DNA of 64,000 nt from a virus (taxonomy: Duplodnaviria > Caudoviricetes): the IMG/VR virus record IMGVR_UViG_3300021958_011649, positions 1,747 through 65,746 of that record. One strand, written 5' to 3'. Below the pieces are notes generated by a model. The model saw nothing but the letters and a program-made list of their open reading frames with translations. It did no database searches and had not been told where the DNA came from. Shown piece after piece: positions 57,935-64,000 of the stretch. Both the position numbers and the translations under genes were made by a program. Position 1 is the first letter of the stretch. Every line of letters starts with the position of its first letter.

Positions 57935-58534
57935 CTAAACAAACCGAATCTTATCACCCAAAGCCGCAATTATACTCGGAGCTCCCGCCGACTTAATAAA
58001 CTTCTTCTCAGTGAATTCCATACGACGGCCATCGCCAAAATCACGATATTCTTTACCTGTACAATTAACCAATGGCTCTGTAACCACATCAGCACGATTA
58101 TCTAAATAAAACGCCCAAACATTCGCAGCATCATCCGAAGTCGTCATCCGATCACTCATAATGCCACTATTACCAGCCAACTCCATCGCAATATCATACA
58201 TCATGGGTCCAGCACCATCAGGTGCTCCATCACGTAAATAAGCACGATGCACTTCCCATGTTCCACCACAATACTCCGGCTTCCAATATCTCATATCCAA
58301 CTCAGCCTTAAACACGCCCTTCTCATCAAGCATTCGAATCTTTAACAGCTCCATAGGCTCGTGCTCAGGAGGCCCACCGTCAGAATGAACAAACCAGTCA
58401 TGACCACCTGGTGTGTATGTGGTTTCCTCAACTGTGATATAGAAGCCTGGAGGCAAAAGCTCGGGCTGCAACATCGGCATCTCGTTAATCACACCCTCTA
58501 TCAATCTTCTCAACTGTAGTCTCGTTATCTTCAT
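57935..58534 (-). CDS. Leader-bearing GNAT-like protein
   Basis: MKITRLQLRRLIEGVINE; GAGPMMYDIAME..SDR..S.DA..VW; AAGGAGG SD. Confidence 0.55.
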   Translation of the reverse strand: MKITRLQLRRLIEGVINEMPMLQPELLPPGFYITVEETTYTPGGHDWFVHSDGGPPEHEPMELLKIRMLDEKGVFKAELDMRYWKPEYCGGTWEVHRAYLRDGAPDGAGPMMYDIAMELAGNSGIMSDRMTTSDDAANVWAFYLDNRADVVTEPLVNCTGKEYRDFGDGRRMEFTEKKFIKSAGAPSIIAALGDKIRFV

Positions 58535-58550
58535 GAGACCTCCTTTCTAG

Positions 58551-58605
58551 ATAAATAGGAATACAAACTCAAAAAGTTTTCAAAATTTTTCCGGAAATTT
58601 TTGGG
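58551..58605. repeat. Intergenic ATAAATAGG plus inverted-repeat element, copy 4
   Basis: ataaataggaatacaaactcaaaaagttttcaaaatttttccggaaatttttggg. Confidence 0.7.
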
Positions 58606-58917
58606 CCAAAACCAAATAGCCACAGCTCTACGATTCCCAGAATGACTCCAAAAACCCGAATCTCTCCCGTTTTACTCCAATTCCTTGCTGTGTGTGATAG
58701 GGCTGAGGTAAAGTTTTGTAAAAGTTGGACGATCGGTGAAGAGACTAGGGCGACCCTGGCGCGGAGTCCAGATGCCGGTGGGCTGGACACCAGGGCCGCG
58801 CCCTGCCAGGGCCCCCTACTAGGGTTCTAGATAGGGCCCAAAGTAGCCCCCTCGAGAGCCCACTAAAAAGGGCCCTAGATAGGACCCTCGATAGCGCTGT
58901 GAGAAGGCGCCGGAGGC

Positions 58918-59559
58918 TTAGAGCTCTCCGTTGGCGATGGCAACCAGCTGACCGATATGCTTGATGGCGATTCGACGAGCACGTTGGATTGGGGTCATGT
59001 TGTGAGCACCACAGTATCGATACCAGCCAGAGCGTCCACCACGTTGACCACGAGCAACAGCTTGGGGCGAGGTAAGCGACTTCTTGGCGTAGCGTTGTTG
59101 GTTCTTGTGGTTAAGACCTAGGAGCCATTGCGCGAAGTGAGTACCAGCAACGCTATCCGCGGCGTTGAACCCGACGCCGTTGTGGGTATCCGTATGGCGT
59201 GAGTTCTGCTCAGAGGCGGTTTGGAGTTTGAAGAGTCGCACGATGGCGTTCTCGACCGCTGAGTCCTTGGTTTCGAGGAGGTTACGAATCTGGTCCTCAG
59301 TCCAGACGCGTTGTTCCGCTTGGGGTTCGGGAGCGACCTCAGTTTCCTCAGGAACTTGGAATTCGATTTCGGGATATTCGACCTCGAACTTGCCGTTGTG
59401 AGTTAGGTCATTGATGACCGCTGAGTGATCCTCGGACTTCCAGCGAGATTGGAGTAGAGCTTCGACGATGTTGAGTTGTTCGACGATGTTGTCCTTTACT
59501 CGATAGAGTTCTTGAGTTGAGAGAGAGTTGAGGGACTTGATGAAGTTGGTGTTGTCCAT
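58918..59559 (-). CDS. Hypothetical protein with phage QTxxEQ...NGVGFN domain
   Basis: WTEDQIRNLL...AV..AIVRLFKLQTASEQ...NGVGFN..D; GGAG SD. Confidence 0.75.
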   Translation of the reverse strand: MDNTNFIKSLNSLSTQELYRVKDNIVEQLNIVEALLQSRWKSEDHSAVINDLTHNGKFEVEYPEIEFQVPEETEVAPEPQAEQRVWTEDQIRNLLETKDSAVENAIVRLFKLQTASEQNSRHTDTHNGVGFNAADSVAGTHFAQWLLGLNHKNQQRYAKKSLTSPQAVARGQRGGRSGWYRYCGAHNMTPIQRARRIAIKHIGQLVAIANGEL

Positions 59560-59591
59560 GTTGTTTGGCTCCAGGTTGGGGTTGTATTTAT

Positions 59592-59623
59592 ATTATACCC
59601 AGGTGACCTACTTTATGCATGTC
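59592..59623 (-). promoter_or_regulatory. Repeated promoter, copy 2
   Basis: GACATGCATAAAGTAGGTCACCTGGG-TATAAT-ATAAATA then CAACCCCAAC leader and GGAG. Confidence 0.75.
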
Positions 59624-59638
59624 CCGGGCAGTGAGACC

Positions 59639-60253
59639 TTAGTTGGTCTCAAAGCCAGTTGCTTCGGGAGTGTCGCCGCTGCGAACCCAAAGAATCTGGA
59701 AGTTGTTGTCTGAGAGTTTGATGTTGTCCAGAAGACCATGGTCATCACGCAATCGACGCAGCGAGTCCAGAACTTCGTCACGAGAGAAGTTTGCGGGTCC
59801 ACCAAGCTTGTTCCAGACATCGCGATGACGAACACAGGTTCCTGGCTTGTCGAGGAGTGCAGACGCGGCTTCTGCTACAGCGATGTCGATTTGGCGACGA
59901 CGTAGAAGCTTGTCACCCTTGATTGCACCTCGTTGAGCTTTTTGAGTAAAGCAGATGTCTCCATAGTCAGAGCAGACCGTGAGGTATTCTTTCTGGACCA
60001 GCAACGCGAAGGTCGGCAACGGGAGGTGAGCATCTTGAAGGTCTTTTTCTTCGAGGAAGCGATGACGTGAGTTGCGGTCACCGGTGGCGGAATCCTCGAG
60101 AGTTCGAAGGACGAGGAACAAGAAGTTGTTGGACACGCGGTCTTGACGCTTCTTGGTGTGACCTCCGAGAGCTGGGACGACGAGTGCGGGAAGTTGAGCA
60201 GTAGACTCCACGAGGGCGGGAGCGTTTTGGGTTGTGGTGAGTTGTTGTGTCAT
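59639..60253 (-). CDS. Hypothetical protein, possible C-terminal winged HTH
   Basis: HRDVW..L.....SRDEV.DSLRRLR..GLL; GGAG SD. Confidence 0.7.
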   Translation of the reverse strand: MTQQLTTTQNAPALVESTAQLPALVVPALGGHTKKRQDRVSNNFLFLVLRTLEDSATGDRNSRHRFLEEKDLQDAHLPLPTFALLVQKEYLTVCSDYGDICFTQKAQRGAIKGDKLLRRRQIDIAVAEAASALLDKPGTCVRHRDVWNKLGGPANFSRDEVLDSLRRLRDDHGLLDNIKLSDNNFQILWVRSGDTPEATGFETN

Positions 60254-60280
60254 GGTGACTCCAGTTGGGGTTGTAATAAT

Positions 60281-60312
60281 ATTATACCTTAGTGAGCTTA
60301 ATTTTACATGTC
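60281..60312 (-). promoter_or_regulatory. Repeated promoter, copy 3
   Basis: GACATGTAAAATTAAGCTCACTAAGG-TATAAT-ATTATTA then CAACCCCAAC and GGAG. Confidence 0.75.
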
Positions 60313-60363
60313 TAGCGCCAAAGCGAGGGGTCCAATGAAGAACCCCAAGCCAGAGCTAGGTTA

Positions 60364-60735
60364 CTAGTCTTCGATAACGAATGGATCGCTTGAAACTACT
60401 TCGCCTTCCTCATCGAGTGATTCAAGCCAGCCAGTCAAGGTGAGTTGATTGGGGTCTTGAGCCGGAGCTTCTTCCTCTTGAACTTGAGCACCTGATTCGA
60501 GCAGGAGCTTACAAGCACGAGCTATAGCAATGCGCTCGCCTCGAGAGAAGTTCGAATCAGCGAGCTTCTTGAGTCCACCTTCTTCTTGAACTTTGAAGAT
60601 GGGAGCTCCCTGGTAGATGATGGTCTTAGCATCGAAAGGACGACCATTGCACTCGCCTTGAGCTGTGTACTCGGGTCGAGATTCATTAGAGTTAGGGGTT
60701 GCGACTAGGTTGAGGATTTTGATTGAATGAGCCAT
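60364..60735 (-). CDS. Hypothetical protein
   Basis: Start reset to MAHSIKIL after CAGGAG. Confidence 0.7.
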   Translation of the reverse strand: MAHSIKILNLVATPNSNESRPEYTAQGECNGRPFDAKTIIYQGAPIFKVQEEGGLKKLADSNFSRGERIAIARACKLLLESGAQVQEEEAPAQDPNQLTLTGWLESLDEEGEVVSSDPFVIED

Positions 60736-60780
60736 GAGGCATCTCCTGAGTTGTGGTTGGTTGTTGGGGTTTGTAATAAT

Positions 60781-60812
60781 AGTATACCAGGTTGAGTTAA
60801 GTTTTGCATGTC
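60781..60812 (-). promoter_or_regulatory. Repeated promoter, copy 4
   Basis: GACATGCAAAACTTAACTCAACCTGG-TATACT-ATTATTA. Confidence 0.75.
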
Positions 60813-60832
60813 CAGCATTTAGGCCATGGGTC

Positions 60833-61063
60833 TTAGTTTTGTAGAGCCACCTCACGGATTCGAGTGTAATGTCCATCGAACCAGTATGCATCGACGGTAT
60901 CGTGAGGTTCGTATTCATCCATGTCATCACGTGCGTTCTCGACATCGGCGTGGAGTTCGGGATTAGTTATCCAGCGTTGAGCTCCTTCGAGGGTGGTGAA
61001 CACACCGAGGATGATTGATGGTGCATCGTAGTCTTGAGCTTTTTCGATAATGTAAACGTTCAT
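60833..61063 (-). CDS. Small phage hypothetical protein
   Basis: MNVYII...ILGVFTTLEGA; AGGAGG SD. Confidence 0.75.
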   Translation of the reverse strand: MNVYIIEKAQDYDAPSIILGVFTTLEGAQRWITNPELHADVENARDDMDEYEPHDTVDAYWFDGHYTRIREVALQN

Positions 61064-61082
61064 TTTGTTGCCTCCTAATAAT

Positions 61083-61114
61083 AGTATACCACCGCGACTA
61101 AACTATTGCATGTC
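61083..61114 (-). promoter_or_regulatory. Repeated promoter, copy 5
   Basis: GACATGCAATAGTTTAGTCGCGGTGG-TATACT-ATTATTA. Confidence 0.75.
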
Positions 61115-61918
61115 TCGACACAAACCGCCACTCAAAAGTTACCCCTATATAGCAACGGCACCGATAGCTATTTGCCCCTCCCGATATACCTCTCACCCCA
61201 GTGACACACCCGACGTCTCACTTTCCTCTGCACAAACCCAGTAGTCACCTACCCGCACTGTTGCACCACTGTGCGCCACACACCCAACCATTTGCCACCC
61301 TGACGCTTTGCTTCACCCAGATCTGTCGCCCTTTGCGCATTACACCACCTGCAACTTACCCAACGCCGCATACCCATACTGCCACTGCACTGCAACGCTT
61401 CGCCCTCTTAGATCCCCTTCCCTAACTGAGAGCTCTTCCCGCTTTCAGCCGCCTCATGCCGCTCTCCCTACCTCTCACAGCTTGCGTGTTCCCTTCACCC
61501 GTATGCTCGAAGTCCCCTGAAAGCAGTTACCCGCCCCCGGGGAAAGTGAACAAAATGCACTGCCATGAACGACAGAGCTGCTGCGACCCGTGTCACAACC
61601 GTTGCTCCCGAGCCTTCCAAAAGACCGTGTCATCCCTGTCATTCGTATGTTGCTTTGTGATGTAAGTGACCAAGAAAAGTCGCGACCCTCCCCCGGACAA
61701 TGTTCATCAAAGTCTTTGCAGTGAGTCATAAAGCTGAACGATCGAGTGCTGATTAGCGCTAGACATCTTGCGCCCAAAGACCCATAAGACAGATAGAGAT
61801 ACCCGTTTTAACCCGAGCGCACGATGCAGGGAAAAAGCTTAGCGCTTGACGTCTAGTGCCCAGCAACATACGATAGCCCGACTGTGGTTAAGTGACCACA
61901 GCCAGATTTTCGTAGCAG

Positions 61919-62194
61919 TTAAATTTTGTAGTGTTCGTGGAGGCCTGCGATAGAGAAGCGTTTTAGGGCTTGGAGGGAGGTAGCTTGAGCTGTATTGGGT
62001 TGAGCTTTGAAGATGGGGGTGTATGATTTTTTGATCATATCGTAAGTGCCTTGAGGGATAGGTTGGGGTGGGAGTCTGTCTTTGGTGCGGAGTTGGTTAT
62101 AGGTGGCGTTGGTATCTTCGTATGATAGACCTGATTGGATTAGAGTATGGATGGTGAAGACTTCGAAGGCTGAGTATTTGTTTTTGTTGGACAT
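61919..62194 (-). CDS. Small hypothetical protein
   Basis: ATAGGA SD; codon pattern like neighbours. Confidence 0.6.
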   Translation of the reverse strand: MSNKNKYSAFEVFTIHTLIQSGLSYEDTNATYNQLRTKDRLPPQPIPQGTYDMIKKSYTPIFKAQPNTAQATSLQALKRFSIAGLHEHYKI

Positions 62195-62249
62195 GTTATA
62201 GTTCCTATATGATGATTGAGTAGTTTAGAGATTTAGCCGCATGTGAGAA

Positions 62250-62582
62250 TTAGTTTCGGAGGCGGTTGCATCTTGGGATTAAGTTGTTGTTGATGTATGT
62301 GAGTGAGTCGTCTGGGAGTTTATGTAGTTTTATGCCGCTTTTGCATTTCGCATCTTCGGGAAAGAAAGCGCTGATGCCGTGTTCAGATAGGTTTAGGTCT
62401 TTGATGTAGCCCGAGAGTTTATCAGATTGTGAGTCGTATTTGAGAGAGGAGAAGATGGCAGATTTGTTATTTGGGAAGAGGTAGTATGTTTCGCCCATTG
62501 TGTCTGAGTAGTTAGTGAGTGTAGATTTGTAGAAGGTTGAGGTGATATTATTGAATGTGGTTTCTTTTAGAGATTGAGACAT
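62250..62582 (-). CDS. Small hypothetical protein
   Basis: Start reset to MSQSLKETTF after GAGGA. Confidence 0.6.
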   Translation of the reverse strand: MSQSLKETTFNNITSTFYKSTLTNYSDTMGETYYLFPNNKSAIFSSLKYDSQSDKLSGYIKDLNLSEHGISAFFPEDAKCKSGIKLHKLPDDSLTYINNNLIPRCNRLRN

Positions 62583-62586
62583 AGAG

Positions 62587-62751
62587 TTATGGTTCCTCTG
62601 GGTATTTGGGTTTGACGATGAAGGTTTTGTCTTTGTCGTATGGTTTGTCTGTGCGCCATTGATTGATGAAGATTTTAGCTTCTTGGTAAGATGATGCTGT
62701 GTGTAGTTTGATGTTGTCGAGGTATACGACATATTTCATATTTTCGGGCAT
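62587..62751 (-). CDS. 54-aa hypothetical protein (below the ORF-track cut-off)
   Basis: MPENMKYVVYLDNIKLHTASSYQEAKIFINQWRTDKPYDKDKTFIVKPKYPEEP; AAGGA SD. Confidence 0.55.
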   Translation of the reverse strand: MPENMKYVVYLDNIKLHTASSYQEAKIFINQWRTDKPYDKDKTFIVKPKYPEEP

Positions 62752-62800
62752 TGAGTTGAATTCCTTTTTAGCCGCCTGTGAGCGGGTTATTGGTGTTATT

Positions 62801-62832
62801 ATTGTACTATATCTTTTGTGCTGTTTGCATGC
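62801..62832 (-). promoter_or_regulatory. Repeated promoter, variant copy 6 (spacer one base longer)
   Basis: GCATGCAAACAGCACAAAAGATATAG-TACAAT-AATAACA. Confidence 0.5.
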
Positions 62833-62875
62833 ACGAGGTTGTCATTCTGACCACTTTAGATTGTCGCGAGGCATA

Positions 62876-63040
62876 TTACAGTGGCGTGCACTCGCATATC
62901 ATTGTAGGTTCATTGGCGGGTTCTAGACCTGTGGGGTATTCTGCGCCTGATTGAGCGAGGCTGATACCTAGGCCGAGTGCTGTTGCGAGTGCTGTGATGG
63001 TGAAGAGGGCGAAGCCGTTGCGTTCAATGAAATCTTTCAT
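62876..63040 (-). CDS. 54-aa membrane or secreted peptide
   Basis: MKDFIERNGFALFTITALATALGLGISLAQSGAEYPTGLEPANEPTMICECTPL; GGGAG SD. Confidence 0.55.
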   Translation of the reverse strand: MKDFIERNGFALFTITALATALGLGISLAQSGAEYPTGLEPANEPTMICECTPL

Positions 63041-63048
63041 GTGTCTCC

Positions 63049-63147
63049 CTACCCGTTGAAGATGGCGTTGAGAATAGCGATTGTCCAGAGGCCCATGAGG
63101 CCGAAGCAGAAGTTTGCGATGAAGAGCCAGTTTGGTTTGATAAACAT
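63049..63147 (-). CDS. 32-aa hydrophobic peptide
   Basis: MFIKPNWLFIANFCFGLMGLWTIAILNAIFNG; CAGGAG SD directly after promoter copy 7. Confidence 0.55.
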   Translation of the reverse strand: MFIKPNWLFIANFCFGLMGLWTIAILNAIFNG

Positions 63148-63179
63148 GTGTTTGTGTCTCCTGTTTGGTTGGTATTTAT

Positions 63180-63211
63180 ATTATACACTAATGACGCTAT
63201 ATTTGCATGTC
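63180..63211 (-). promoter_or_regulatory. Repeated promoter, copy 7
   Basis: GACATGCAAATATAGCGTCATTAGTG-TATAAT-ATAAATA then CCAACCAAACAGGAG. Confidence 0.75.
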
Positions 63212-63222
63212 GGGATAACGGG

Positions 63223-63573
63223 TTAAACGTTTTTGTTTGAGTTCCTTTTGAAACCAGCCGCTGATGCGATGTTTGATAGTTTTGAGTTGAGGACGGTGTA
63301 GCATTCGATGTTTCTTTTGTGCCACGACGGAGTTTCAGCACAGTACCATTTTGATGTTTGCGCGTTGAAGTTGTATCTGTCCTTTCCGATTTGTATCGAT
63401 GGCATGCCTGATTCGAGGAGTTCTGGGTCTTGAGTTTCTCGTATTTTAGATAGCTCATGGTCGATAGCTGTTGATAGTGATTCGAATTGGTTGTAATTAT
63501 TGAATGTGACGGTTCGTCCGAGGATGTTTAGAGAGTCTGCTGGGTTGATCCATTTAGATTTTGTAGTGGTCAT
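63223..63573 (-). CDS. Hypothetical protein
   Basis: ATAGGAG SD. Confidence 0.7.
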   Translation of the reverse strand: MTTTKSKWINPADSLNILGRTVTFNNYNQFESLSTAIDHELSKIRETQDPELLESGMPSIQIGKDRYNFNAQTSKWYCAETPSWHKRNIECYTVLNSKLSNIASAAGFKRNSNKNV

Positions 63574-63584
63574 GTTGTTTGCTC

Positions 63585-63755
63585 CTATTGTTGGTTTGAG
63601 GGAATGATGTCGTCGATGTATTGTAGAACGACATCGATAACTTCTTGGCGTGAGTTCTTAAGAACAGCTTTGTCGATGATGTCTTGTTTGATTTGTTGAA
63701 TCCATGCGTAGTCTTTATTCATCGCTGCGTAGTTTATCATTGAGATGATGTCCAT
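63585..63755 (-). CDS. 56-aa hypothetical protein
   Basis: Start reset to MDIISMINYA after CAGGAG. Confidence 0.55.
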   Translation of the reverse strand: MDIISMINYAAMNKDYAWIQQIKQDIIDKAVLKNSRQEVIDVVLQYIDDIIPSNQQ

Positions 63756-63774
63756 GTTATTTACTCCTGATGAA

Positions 63775-63981
63775 TTAGACGAATCGTTGAGTTGATTCGA
63801 AGATTTGTGAGCGTTGTGCATCGGTTGGGTAGTCAACGAATTCGTTCCAGAACTGATCACATAAGAAGTCTCTGAGTATTTCTCTGGTGATTGGTTGCCC
63901 GACAAAAGCATATGATGAACGAAGGTCGCTGAGGTGCATTGATACTTGATTGTGAATCCATATATTGAGTTCTTTATCCAT
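63775..63981 (-). CDS. Small hypothetical protein
   Basis: ATAGGA SD with CA-rich leader. Confidence 0.6.
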   Translation of the reverse strand: MDKELNIWIHNQVSMHLSDLRSSYAFVGQPITREILRDFLCDQFWNEFVDYPTDAQRSQIFESTQRFV

Positions 63982-64000
63982 GTTATTTCCTATTGGTTGG

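Noticed and set aside
61530-61560. GGGGAAAGTG resembling the RNase P RNA GAGGAAAGUC motif; also searched for tRNA T-loops
   Set aside because: The rest of the RNase P consensus is absent. The only GTTCGAATC-like hit (about 60550) lies inside a coding gene without cloverleaf arms.
61201-61777. ORF-track entries 61201-61425, 61308-61520, 61456-61665 and 61475-61777
   Set aside because: They overlap each other, lack SD sequences, have low-information composition and do not share the codon pattern of neighbouring genes
63024-63458. 144-aa ORF in the track
   Set aside because: Alternative frame overlapping three better-supported SD-led genes and a promoter
1-64000. Eukaryotic giant virus (NCLDV) origin suggested by the glycan genes and fibre
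   Set aside because: Shine-Dalgarno motifs, overlapping operons, sigma-type promoters, intrinsic terminators and a sigma-4 protein indicate bacterial-type expression

Overview
This window looks like 64 kb of a large (jumbo-type) bacteriophage genome. The evidence is Shine-Dalgarno-led, tightly coupled operons, PhoH, UvsE, a tail-fibre-like protein, many small ORFans and no cellular housekeeping genes; this identity is an inference, since no capsid or terminase gene lies in the window. There are five blocks. (1) 1-22.7 kb: a minus-strand cluster of soluble nucleotide-sugar and nonulosonic-acid enzymes plus glycosyltransferases, with no flippase, polymerase or exporter. (2) 22.8-26.6 kb: a 1070-aa repeat fibre and two small lectin-like paralogues. 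(3) 26.6-35.2 kb: phoH, a stand-alone sigma-70 region-4 protein, and a yeaH-spoVR-prkA operon running into a degenerate GroEL-like gene and an Hc1-like gene. (4) 35.2-58.5 kb: about 16 unrelated ORFs share a basic amphipathic N-terminal leader (MKITRRQLRKLI..[LI]xE) resembling a capsid-targeting, prohead-protease-cleaved signal. The leader is fused to kinase-like, GNAT-like, M15-peptidase, annexin-like and zincin cargo, and two of these genes read through a single in-frame stop. (5) 58.6-64 kb: a GC-richer, skew-inverted region of small genes, most transcription units headed by a repeated promoter with a non-canonical -35 (GACATGCAA-N16-GTATA[AC]T). No tRNA, rRNA or CRISPR array was seen. All family assignments are from motif recognition by eye; no database searches were run.
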